Assembly: GCA_002633005.1 (NCBI GenBank)
Contig: NMRA01000018.1
Location: forward strand, 1,711,290 to 1,775,289
DNA length: 64,000 nucleotides
Source: Phoronis australis
Taxonomy: Eukaryota > Animalia > Phoronida
Direction: 5' to 3'
In this document: positions 12,175 through 36,265 of the stretch, in pieces
Layout of the letters: every line of letters begins with the position of its first letter
How positions within the stretch are numbered: position 1 is the stretch's first letter
Made by a program: the position numbers and the translations under genes
Notes under the pieces: generated by a model
Told to the model about the DNA's origin: nothing
Database searches by the model: none
What the model saw: only the letters and a program-made list of their open reading frames with translations

Positions 12175-13442
12175 TTAAAGCAACTAAACCCAACCTCCCT
12201 CCATAAAGACAATGTTTGGTTTAGAGCACTTTCTGCACTGAAGTGTTGCGTGTGATGTGTAGAGTCAGTACTTCCATAACCCAGACGTCATTCCTCATCA
12301 GAGCTAGGGACAAGTTGAAACCAATTTTATATGGGAAAGTGCTCTGAATCAAAACTTACTTTTGGACATCCAAAGGTGTGTTTGTAGCCGTCTTAACACC
12401 CTTGCGTATCAAAAACCCTCTTATCTCTACATAGATACATTCATACTTCTTTAAGATAAGTTTTCTTGAACAGGATGCTTCATTTATTTTCTATTAACTT
12501 AAGATTGTAAAAACAAATGGAATATGGTTTTCAACAAAACTTGTCTCCATGTATATTTGCTGCCTAGATACTCTGATTATAGGTCTTAAAGACGTGATTT
12601 TGAACAATCCATTTACACTTAAATTAAAGTGGTATAATCACCTACAGGGTACCTCCAATTTGTGAACAATTTTTCCACTGAATAACAGAGATCAAAATCA
12701 GGGACCCCTGTATTTAACTGTTGCCCTAAAAGCAGATATAAGCCACCTCAGATCACGAATTTATTTAGACCTGTTTTAGTTATGAAATTGGTCTCAAATT
12801 GTTCCTTAGGTAAGCTGGAGATGATTTCAGGACTTGGAAAAAACTGGAACTGTTTCGTTGCGTGAGGTCAAGCTTTATAAGTTGGGTTGACATTTTATCG
12901 GTGGACCATAGAGTCTAGGAATAACAGAATGCTATTTTGTGGGCACAGAAATTGCTTTTCACCTGAGTGAGGAACGTTTAGATCAATTTTATAGATGCAC
13001 AACCAGCCCTTCCCCTTCTCCCATTTGGCGAAGTACACAAAAAGGTCCGCCTGAGAGAAACATAACCTCCGAAAAAAAGTAAAAAGCGAGACATGAGTCC
13101 ACTAAAAAGGCATGAGCTATCAAAATTCGGCGAATGCACGATTCATAGCTCTTGAAGTAACCCGTGAATCTTAGTAAAAGGTTCACATTCTCAAAGATTC
13201 CAGCCCCCATTTTTTTAGGCTGGGTGCGCGCATGGGTTGCTTGTATAAAGGATTCACTGTTTGAACGAACGCATGTTTACAGGCTTGATCTAATTGATAA
13301 CCTTTCCAATTGGCGGCAGTAAAAAAAGGAAATTTGCTGCTGAAACACTCCGATTTCATACTTCTTTAGATGCAATTAGTGGTCAGTAAAAAGATTGCAG
13401 TTTATATTCTGTTTGTGTGCACACCCGACTGGCAACATTGGA

Positions 13443-16400
13443 TCAGTCTGAGTTATCATCGCTCGAACGTCTGTCTTCCTGAACGAACATCGAACGCTCT
13501 TTGGTCGGCTCTTTGTATAGAAACAGCGGGGGCTGGGGTTCCGTCTCTGACTTGGGTCTGTCTTGGTGATGCTTCAGGTTCAAGGGGAATTCTATAAATG
13601 TGCTCTGCCTTGGTGGAAAAGAGAATCCGGGTCCTAGATCCTGGTACGAGCCTGTATTGTATTTGTCACTTATGGAAGTTCCGTCACCTGTTGGAAATTT
13701 TGAAGACGTGCGTGTTACTGTTTTTCTCCATTAAGAAGTTGTTTAATCAATAATATGCGGACCAATCGTATTGCCGCGCCTTTAGGCCCACGGGTGTATA
13801 TCCGAAATATTGCCTATTTCGCACCCATTTTTACCCAAGTGCTTCACTTATTGGGGCGTGCGCCTAAGTTTCCCATATAAGTGCAATTCCTTCACAGACA
13901 CCCGTGCCTTGGGCCTAATAACACGGAAAAACTGTACGCGAACAACGCTGAAAAAATCTATCATCTCAGTTTCTAAAAAACGAAACCATTCTATCGTGAA
14001 GTAACCTCAGCATTCGTTAGGCATTTCATTCGATGACATTTGGTGTATACCGTCGAGGGAGAAAAAGGATTTGTACATCATTGTGTGGGCGGATACCGGT
14101 GTCCTGGGGTGAACATTGTCATTTGTGCTCCATCAATTCATGGTGTCTGGTCAGCGCTTCTGGGAATTCTTAAAACGTCACAAAAATCCAGTTTTGATTT
14201 AGACCACTTTCTACTATAACTGTTTCTCAGTCAAAATGGGAGTTATTTCGGTTACTAGTTTGGAAAAAAACAAAGAGTTTCATCGTTATTGCCTGAGTTC
14301 TCACGGCGTGTCTATTTATTCCCCGAGCTAACTGTCACCCTAAATCACTTCTCATCTAGTTTATATCAAAGCTGAGTTTAGTCTTCGACGGTTTCATGTT
14401 GATCACCGCTTTAAGAATTTGTGTAACTCCCTTACTTTCTCGGCTGTCCACTTGTCTGTTGAACGTTGCCCGCTGTGCACGTGACTTGCAGTGCGAGCAG
14501 GCGATGCAGCAGACGATGGACATGAGGCACAGTAGACCGACTCCTCCTCCGGTGCATCCGATAATGATGGCGAGTTCGGTAGTGATGATACCGGTGTCCG
14601 CACTAGAATCTGTAAGTGATACCAATACATGTAGTACACTTAGTAGTTTAAGCTAATTATTGACATGAAAAGTGACTCCAGACTTTTGAAAACTCAGTCC
14701 TTAGTATTTAGTAACAAAAAACTTTTGCTTTACATTAAAATTGTGCTTCTGTATTCGTATCCTGTGAAGGTCATCCGAAAACGAAAATCGTGCACTCAGT
14801 TATACAGAGAATGTGGAATGTCAAAAAACGACCAAGTGGCACAGTTTTTGAGATGTTCACCAGACGCTAATGGCTTCTGGATTCTAGACTCACTAAGAAA
14901 AATATACATGCACCAGCCATGATAACAAAAAACAGGAGATGTTTGTCGTTTAACGATCAAAAATTCGGAACTGGCCCCAGGGACGGCATGTATGAGACGG
15001 TTTAGCAAGCTCAAATGCTACGTGTTTGTACCATCGCAGGCGCGTTTTAGTCTAATACTCATTTTACTTTTACATGTTCGACTACGTGAACGTCCTGACG
15101 CATGAATCTGATTCCATGTAATTTTTAAAGGGGATTTTTGTCACTGTTTAATTGCCAGTGTCGAATTTTTAACCAAAGTTCTCTGGGGGTGTTTAAACAT
15201 CGCTACGACAATGGGATCTTCAACTGCTGTCGAATGATCCGACAATTTAAGTCGGCGTGCATGAGCCCCCAACCACACCCCCCCCCCCAAGTTTTTCAGT
15301 GCCGATGGTTTCGATGTTCTTGTTGAAAACAAAAATCAAGTCCAATCACGCCACGGAATTTTTTGAGGCCGATTATATAAGAGTAAATGGCTTAATTTTA
15401 TTTTCTATTTTTAGTCAAATAACAGTGTGGAATGCTGTTAAAAATTTGAATACAAAAAGATAGGTGAACTCGGTGTCTTGAAAGAATTTGTCATAAATAC
15501 CTATATAGGTTGTAACTTTGATGTCAAAGCTGAAACTGTTGTAGGTGTAGACGTTGCTAGACGACCGTGTGAGTTTCATGGACAGGTAGGGTGATGACGT
15601 AATGACTGGAGCTGGTGCTTTACTGTAGAAGTAAGAATTGTCGTACGTCTGAAACAAAATACTTTGTGATAATACAATACTGAGCTACTAAACAATTCCT
15701 CTGAAGAGTTACTGTTAGCTTGGCATGAAATGCGTGTTACTCCCTTAAATTGTTTCCTTGACTAAATATCCGATTCAATTGGTTCCAACTTTTTAATTTC
15801 AAAATACATTTATTTCGTCATTGAAACAGCACATAGTGAAATTTAAGAAACTTGGAAAACATGAATTTAGGTGATAAAAATATATTATTCACACAATTAA
15901 AAGTTAGATTTTATTATTTCTGAAAAATAATGTGGTCAAAGATTGCTTCAACTTCAACATATAAAGATACGGCTTAAATGAAAAAGACAATCGACTTAGC
16001 CTGGCATGAATGACCAAGTAGGTTTACGAGTTCCAATGGTTTTTAACACAATGGTGGATCGAGCCTACAGTCTGGTTGAAGGCGTTCACCTTAGCAGGTT
16101 TACTAGGTGCCAATTAATTTCGTGATATCAAGTGAAACTATATGTATGCAGGGTTTTACTTACTGCGTATGGTGTGCCAGATGTTAGTTTGGAGTCGTAT
16201 AACTTGAGGGTGATACCAGGATCTTTGATGGCAAATGTCATGAATTCTACTTTTAACTTGCGCGTTGATAAGCTGTACCCTCTGGCTGCTTCCATTGTTA
16301 TGATGCACCTGAAGTCAACAAATTGATATTATGGTTACCAGATACAGTGGCGGCGTTTGTTATTCAAGTAGACCTACCATAGTTACCGAATAATTGTATC

Positions 16401-17140
16401 ATTCGAATTTATCAATACACGTATTGGTATGTATGTGAGAGTGAAGAAATTTATTTTGTTGGCTGACTGATTTCATCTTGTGTTAATCACATTGATCACA
16501 ATATTCTTAAAAAATACGTGATGAATTGAAATAAACAATCAATCCTTATATAATGTGATGTGAGTGCTGCAGTCAGTCTTACGTGGACGGAGCGTCAGTG
16601 ATGTATCGTCCATAGATATAACCTGGTATCGACGTCTTGACTTCTATGATGTTCTCTTCGCTACTCGCTGTGTGACAGTTGACCGAGTTTGTGTAGTCTG
16701 AAATTAGATTGAACTAATATGATAAAGTAATGTAGGATCATAGAAAAAATTCCAAATTTGGTTATTTTCGAACATCATATGTCAAAAGTGACCGGGAAGA
16801 TTTGTGTGAAACTTTCGGATACATTATACAGAAAACTGACACGGTATTTTTATCTCAACTAAAAATTCTGCAGCAGGGATATTTTTTGTGCAACAATCTC
16901 CTTGTTTGCAAGACCTCAGAAGCACCATTTACTCAAAACCCTGGATAACATATATACATCGTGGTGGTGTGCGATTCCTTCACTACATTTCATACGAAGT
17001 CGTGTTCATGACTTCTACTCCAATTATACACTACACTACGGAGTCGTGATTAATTAATACTTACAGCCGATGACGTTATAGTGGTGAAAAATAAAACAAA
17101 CATGAACAAAGCACGTAAATTGCGTGTAAATCGTCTTCAT
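13443..17140 (-). CDS. Single-pass type I membrane protein with a divergent CUB-like ectodomain (about 300 aa)
   Basis: Exons 17065-17140 (ATG, hydrophobic leader), 16583-16697, 16164-16308 (CIITMEA...LKVEFMTFAI...LKLYDS, CUB-like strands), 15501-15648 (SSPYLSMKL...FSFDIKVT), 14436-14609 (TM LAIIIGCTGGGVGLLCLMSIVCCIAC), 13443-13687 (tail, TGA). All phases are consistent; 903 nt in total. Confidence 0.75.
13783..13917. mobile_element. Small hairpin MITE (Harbinger-like)
   Basis: TAGGCCCA..CGGGTGT ... ACACCCG..TGGGCCTA; TTA/TAA at the boundaries. Confidence 0.55.
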
Positions 17141-18024
17141 TAGGATGAACTAAGGTCTGCCTTGACTTTCGAAAACCAACCCGTCGTCCCTTCTGTTTCG
17201 TAGGCTTTTGACCTGTGTTTTATGCGTGTGCATTTATGTCATTTGTTCGGATTACATTTTATGACTGGCATAATGTACCAAGACATTGAGTAACGAAATA
17301 TTGCTTTGTGTACTGGGAACCAATTCAAAGTTATATGAATATTAAATTTCTGACGTCAGATTATAAAACAAACGCGAGTGGGGTCTAGCAAAATCCTAAC
17401 GTGTTAAATCTTTTTATTTCCACACAAGTAACAACCATCTTGCCAGTGATCAAATACAAATGGAATATAAAAGGAAATTTAAAGCCATTTGTAATACAAA
17501 AATAAACAAAATAAACGAACTGACTGTTTTTATTCTGCAATAAAGCTCTTGTCTGGATTATTTCAAAGCACATTACGGGCGTTGCACCACCTAGCTAGCA
17601 CAAGTTTTTGCATTGCTAGACGATGACATTTATTGTGTTAACATGTAATCCTGAGGCACTTTGCCTACACTCACTGTAACCACTGGTAGTGTAATTCTAT
17701 AGGCTAATTCGTTTCTAATTAAATTCACCGCGCTTTCATTTTTCGCTATTTTAATAGAAGTATTATGGTGTACATAGAGATCGTATCTATTCATCTTTGG
17801 TCAACACAAGCTTGAATAGTCTAAGCCTTTTATAAATGACTGATGAGAAATTCTGCTGATGGGTCTTCCAAAGCGCCGGGATTGCCCAGTTAGATTCTGA
17901 AGCTTGTCTTGGACATTTTTGCCACAAGAGGGCGTAGCAGGCGTTTATTATCTCCCCTTGAATAAGTCTCCCTGGTGAAATCCGAAGCTCAGAAGCGGCT
18001 GTGTAGTTCAAACTTATTGCGAAA
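17141..18024. promoter_or_regulatory. Putative bidirectional promoter between the CUB-TM gene and ZMYND10
   Basis: The divergent ATGs are 885 bp apart. CTCF-like CCACAAGAGGGCG at 17922-17934 and an imperfect X-box-like GTCTCCCTGGTGAA at 17966-17979. Confidence 0.45.
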
Positions 18025-29975
<11,951 letters not shown>

Positions 29976-30486
29976 TCAGCAGTTGTCAAAACATTTTACT
30001 CTTACCGACACAAATTTCAAACCTGTTACTAGGATGTAGGTCTCTTGTTCCAATTCAAATAATGTAAAACTGGCTTTATCAATCCAGAGACATTGAGCGA
30101 TTCTGAGGAGCAAGTCAAATGTAAGAGCCCGTTGTTGTCCAAGTTTAGTCATGACGTCTCTCATTTGTTTGATATGGTTCCATTCCTCACACAGGTTTTC
30201 GGTAAAAAGACAGGCAGTCACTGCCATTGTTTCCGTTTCATACTTGCACGTGTTTATAAAACAGTGATGTAAACGAACGACACAGTGAAGGAGACTGTAA
30301 TTATGCAATCTTGTAAAACCTTCGTTTTCAGTTAAATTTTGACACGTTACAGTTGTCTCTTTTTACATTCAACGAGTAATGCAAACAGAAGAAAATGTAT
30401 CGATCACAAAGTATATTTCTTAGAAAAATCATTCATACCGACACAACGTACTAGCAGTATCTGCACTGTTGACAATACAGTCCAGA

Positions 30487-30910
30487 GGGCGGTTGCATGT
30501 AACAGTCCCAAATAAGGACTGAACTAAGTTCCCTAAGTCTTTTGCGTATTTGTTTTGTTCTTTACTCACAGATGTAATATTGTTTTCAATCATTTTATCT
30601 TTATTATGAGCTCCTCTCTGACCAATGACATATTACTTAAGACTGAGCCCTTATTTTAATCAAAGTAACTAGGGACTTAGTCCTTAAATTAAGGGCATTG
30701 CATGAAAAGATCCCTACTTATATTTAATGACAATGAGAATTCAACATAGAGTTCACTCTCAATTTGTATCAAAGCCAAACATTTGCACAGTAATGATACT
30801 CAAACAGCATAAGAAAAGACAATTAGTGTTTTCACAAGCCCACAACTATGTAGTAGATTTTGGGAACTTAGTCTAGTTCCTATTTATGACTTTTTCACTC
30901 AACCGGGCAC
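30487..30910. mobile_element. MITE with TIRs of about 55 bp between the convergent ZMYND10 and HMG 3' ends
   Basis: CGGTTGCATGTAACAGTCCCAAATAAGGACTGAACTAAGTTCCC pairs imperfectly with GGGAACTTAGTCTAGTTCCTATTTATGACTTTTTCACTCAACCG. Confidence 0.6.
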
Positions 30911-32549
30911 TGAAACCCTAAGAATGGCACACTTAACTGCAACTAAATGGCACTATTGCAGCTGTATATCGCAGTTGAACTACAGACGAGAACAATCATC
31001 AAATGAATGCACAGATAACGGACATTTCAAAAATGAACGACTTATTTATGATTACCTAAACTCACATGTCGTAAAATTCACTGCAAATCAACTATCAGTG
31101 AACAGCAATTTTGCAGAACGCCAATCCTGCTACCGGTACATGTAAACATTAAAAATTTCGGCATCTGTGCTCGTACGCAATGAAAGATGTTACCACAAAA
31201 TTCGTTCAGGGTTAAAGTTGAATTGCAGTGAATGATAGTATTACAGGAAATGAGATTCGTCTAAACACGTCTGATCACATGTTTGAGACAGACCAGCCAC
31301 TTTGTGTCAAGAAAATTATTCCAAATCAATCAATCACCCATGCAACTGTCGCATTCTACATACTACACATCTAAAGCTAAAACTAAGTAATAATAATAGT
31401 AATAATAATAAAACATTGCCTTACAACAGTAAAAAATGAGGTATAATAATGTATTTTCTAAAATCTAGCGTAAAATCATTAAAGACAGGTTGAAGCAATT
31501 TGTAAAGACGAATAAATTATTGCCTTAAGCATTAAAAACACAGAAACAATGGCCAGACATAACCGGCAATAGATTTGAATTACAATTAAACAATTTAGTG
31601 CCTTACCACAGTTTTACGTAAACAAGAACACATGGAAAAAATAAACACCAGTATATACAGTGCTGGCATTTACAAAAATATGTAATCAAACCAGCAGTGA
31701 ATTAGGTACAACTAACTCTGGTTTATACTGTTTATACAAACATTGCAACACCCAGATGCGACTTTGACAGGCGTATGACTAGCTTACTTTGAGAACAGGT
31801 GCTGGTACTCGAGTAACAACTGCATAAGACGGGAACTGGCTTGTAGACATGAGACTGTAAAAGGAACAAAACTGGCATCGACGAAATTGAGAACTAACGG
31901 GCAGCTACCATGCAAAGTAGAACCGGTGTCACTTTCTGTCTTAAGTTAGTAGATTCCTGTGTTGAACACATTGTAGAAATTATCTTGCATGTGATTTCCT
32001 ATTGCTCATCATCTGATATTACCACTTCGGTACCTGACATGTGACCCATTGCCATATTGAGACAAGCCCCGTTTTTCGGAGCAAAGTTGCCCATGGCCTT
32101 TGCAGCCTGAAAGCAAATAAAGAACAGTTGAGAGGTCCAGCAGCGGAAAATTGCACAAAGGAATTTGAAATATTTTGTAAGGAATTTCTTACGAAAGGTA
32201 CATGTTCATTAAGTAACATACAGTTAACTTTGAGCAAGACTGTCACTGTAGATAAAGAAGATTAAGGGATAGAGCTTATTAGCTTTCTCCTGACGAGAAA
32301 AATCTAGCCAAAGTCACATGCTCTCATTGAACTATAGCCACCCAGTGACACTGTGAGGCTGGTGTAAATGAGTTTTTGAGAAGCACCAATGCCAACTGGT
32401 GGCACTTGAACTTCACTCAGGCTAACTACTCTTTATTGCATTGAACACAGGAGAGCTTTACAACAAGCTGACAATAGAAGTCATCAGCATATCACCAGTC
32501 ACCATGACAACATAAATAAGCCAAACAAATGCATCAGCAACTCAGTTCT

Positions 32550-34881
32550 TCACCAGCTGTTTTCTGGCTTACGTTTCTGTTGCAGACACGAGTATAATGA
32601 ATATGTTCATCATTGTTCATCATCATTAATCACTTCCATTTCGTTCATGTATTACCTGCTCTTCCCTGTACTTGGCGAGCTCAACTTCATACTTGACTTT
32701 CAGCTCAGCATGTTTGTCTTCATAAGGTTGCCGATCTACGGATGACATACTCTTGTTCCAAACTTCACTAGCTACAAACGACAGAGACAACCATACTGGG
32801 ACAAAAGCGAGACTTTACTATTGAAGTGATTGGAAGCGCACTTAAGAGGTCTAAACTTTGAATCAGGCAGACATGGTTCAGCGGGCAAAAAAGCTGGCTT
32901 AGAAAAGATAATAAAATAACTTAAAGTGCAAACTGCAGAAAGACAATGACTAAAAGAACTGCTCCACTTCTGAAGAAGAAATAAGTCAAGCAAATGATAA
33001 CATTATGACTGGTCAGGAATGGAGTGCACTGATTACTACAACACAGCTGTCTGAGATAATCCCATCACAGCAACTCACAAGTACTTTCCTAGAACCCCAC
33101 CTGCTCTACAACAAGTCGTTTACAACCAACAATTATCCACGCAATACGTGACTTACCATCGCTGACTTTCTGCTTATGTTGTTTGGGGTCATCTTTCATT
33201 TTGTTGATATACTCGTGCATAAATAGGAAGAAGCCAGTCATGGGTTTCTTGGGAGCGTTAGGATCCTTAGGTGCACGGGCTCTGCCCCTGCTGGGTACGT
33301 AGGTCAGCATCTAGGAGAACCACCAAGGCAGCATAGTTTACAGTATATCTTAAATTTCTCTAAAATCAAAGTTCTCGTTTGAGAATACTATTACTGAATT
33401 AACGCCATTAGTTTAAGCCACAAAATCAAGAGGTCTGAAAATGGCTAATAAACATTTGCTACCTATTACTTAGAGGAGTGCCAAAACACTTGCATAACGG
33501 TGTATAAATAACATGTTCAAAGAAACGTAAAGGGCTGTAATTACATCATACTTGAATATTGCATTTTTGAACAAATACTCTATGAAAGTTATCCATTACC
33601 GCCAACTCATTCTGAACAGGCAAATGAATGTTCATCACACCAACAGGTGGGACTGGGAGTGAATCATGACACCTTTACAATTATTTGTCAAATTGTCCGA
33701 CGATATAAGTTTCATTGGATTTCTTGAAGTTGTATTTTGGACAACAAAGAGAACGTTTCTGAGTATGGTCAAAATTGCAGTAAACTTTTTAATATCAGTT
33801 CAAATCCAACCATGAAAATGACAATAATGGAAAAAGAAAAATCTTCATAATTAAACTGATATCCGTTTCAGTCTATACCCAAAAGCTGGATCTGTTTGTT
33901 ACTACTTAAGAAACACTTGCGGTAAAAAAGATTGGAGTACAAAAGGTTAGTCTACAGTTCCTGCTATAATTTGATTCAGCCCTCAGTGGCCAATCACCTC
34001 AGTGGCATTCACTCTACTAGGTCAAGCTAGAAATGTGATACTTGTGAAACACTCAAACTTTCAAAAGCGCAAGAAACTATAAGTGCAGCATCTTGATAAT
34101 TCACAGAGTGTCAATCTCCACCAACCTCATTATTGTATCTCTCCTTATCCTTGGCTGACCGTTCTTCATAAGGTTTCTTCTTTTCATCAGCCAAATGCCG
34201 CCACTTTGCAGCCGCCTCCCTTGTAAAGTCAGTAACCTGTGTGTAACAAGGGTCAAAGTGCATCGCCATGGCAACAATGCTAATTGCTTGGCTTCTCAAG
34301 ACAAGTTTTATTTGCGACATCCTTAGCAAAGGTAGTCACAAAGGAAGCAGTCTCTCTCTCAATGTGACGTGCACAATCATGCAACTTTAGCTAGACTTAT
34401 AGCAGGGACAGCACGTTTGTATGAACACAACTTGAAAACAGACTACGCAGTTGATAAAATCGTCGAAAATGGCCACCGACGCAATGTTTTCATGAGTACC
34501 TATGGCACGTAACATCAAGATGAATGATCGTTTGTCGTAATTATTGAATTTGGGATGGCCAATATTGCATATTTCTAAAATTTGGTACGAGAAAAAACCT
34601 TCATTGATATAATTAATATTTCACGGTCACAAACTGGAGAATTTTTACAAAAATATACACGCACCAATATACACGCACCAATATACACGCACCAATATAC
34701 ACGCACCAATATACACGCACCAATAACGAGTGGTGACACTTACCCCAGAAAATGTCTTGCCAGCGACCTTACATTTTTCCCTGTATTCATTCATAAAAAA
34801 GAAGTAACCAGAGAGCGCTCTCTTTGGTTTGTTGGGATCCTTTGGTCGACGCCTCCTCTTCTTTTCTTTAGGTAGATTCAT
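32550..34881 (-). CDS. HMGB-like protein with two HMG boxes and no acidic tail (about 181 aa)
   Basis: Exons 34744-34881 (MNLPKEKKRRRRPKDPNKPKRALSGYFFFM...), 34126-34236 (...KWRHLADEKKKPYEE...), 33157-33310 (KDPNAPKKPMTGFFLFM...), 32656-32771 (...WNKSMSSVDRQPYEDK...KYEVELAKY) and a probable last exon 32550-32576 (KRKPENSW*). Phases are consistent. Confidence 0.92.
34652..34721. repeat. 14-bp tandem repeat, 5 perfect copies
   Basis: (AATATACACGCACC)5, about 20 nt inside the intron from an HMG exon donor. Confidence 0.95.
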
Positions 34882-35961
34882 AGCAGAAAACTGGTGTCTC
34901 TCTAAAAAGGCAGCAAGATTCTTAAAATATAATACGTTGAAGTTTAACATTAAACTCGGAATCCAAATAATTAGGCTGAAGACTCACAAGAAGAAAATTC
35001 ATTAACAACGCTGAATAAGGGGACATAATTGCTTCAACCATTCCCCAAATTACATGATGGACTATTTGTGTCTTATTTGCTACCATTAGTCAATAAACAA
35101 TGAAATTAAATAACGATGGATAATTTTGCGCCTAAAAGGATAATCTTGTTGACATTGGCGAAGGTTATTTAGTCTATAATAAATATCGTACAAACCTGAG
35201 TAGAATTCAGTAACGCTAGCACCTCGCAGGAAAAGCAAGACTGCGGCGAGATTATGTGAGAAATTGGCGTGTAAAATGAGAGCACGTGGATTTGGCTACA
35301 TTTTTCTCACCGTGAAGACAGCTACTGAACTCTACCACATTTCACAATCTAGTAGCACTGAGCCCTGGGAGACTTTTTGGGTGAAGCAAGCATGCGTACA
35401 CCAGGCTCGAATTATTGGGAATGTGGACCATTTACTAAAAAAAAAAACGGGGTATGCTTACATTTATGAACTGTGCATTTGTCGAATTCAGGTATTTCCT
35501 GCCTTTTCAGTGGACTTTTGTCTCATTTTCTACTTTTTTCGGAGTTTTTATTTCTCCGAGGCAGACCTTTTTGCCCATTTGGCCAAATAGGGGGGCTTGT
35601 TCGAGCCCCTTGGGTGCATGCGTGGCAAGTCTGTACGATGTGGAGAGAATAATGAGTACACTGTGCATAGTTACAAATACCTGCACAGTTAAAAGTAACC
35701 CGGTCCTTTTGGTTGTAATATTCACATCTCCAATGTTTCACAAGAACGAATACAAGTTCAAAAGACATGCTCAGAAAAAGACGCAACTGAGAATACGACA
35801 ACATTTACGAAGTTTCAACGGGGGCAAAGATCACATCTTGTCACCACCAAGAGATAAACATGGACTGGAAAATGTTTATTCAGGACATTGAAGGAAGCCC
35901 AGACTGGTTTGTTATTAAATTTTGCTTGTAGGTTACATACCACCCACCTAAAGGCTGATTG

Positions 35962-36265
35962 ACTTGAACAGGAACGATATCAAGTTTATGGGTTAAAATT
36001 AAAGTTGGGTTGGATTTTGATCTTGGTGTTTAAGACCAAAATTTGGAGTTTTTCATTTACCAGAGACAAGACTTATGCGAGAACATAGCCAGCCAGCCAG
36101 CTAGCTGTATGATGACTGTCATACAGCTAGCTGGCTGCCTATGTTCTCGCATAAGTCTTGTCTCTGGTAAATGAAAAACTCCAAATTTTGGGATTAAACA
36201 CCAAGATCAAAATCCAACCCAACTTTAATTTTAACCCATAAACTTGATATCGTTCCGGTTCAAGT
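35962..36265. repeat. Near-perfect palindrome of about 300 bp (arms about 150 bp, essentially no loop)
   Basis: ACTTGAACAGGAACGATATCAAG...GCTAGCTGTATGA|...TCATACAGCTAGC...CTTGATATCGTTCCGGTTCAAGT, with only a few mismatches. Confidence 0.95.

Noticed and set aside
15141-15332. ORF as an additional exon of the CUB-TM gene
   Set aside because: Repeat-like with a C run and ends in a stop; the neighbouring exons join in phase without it
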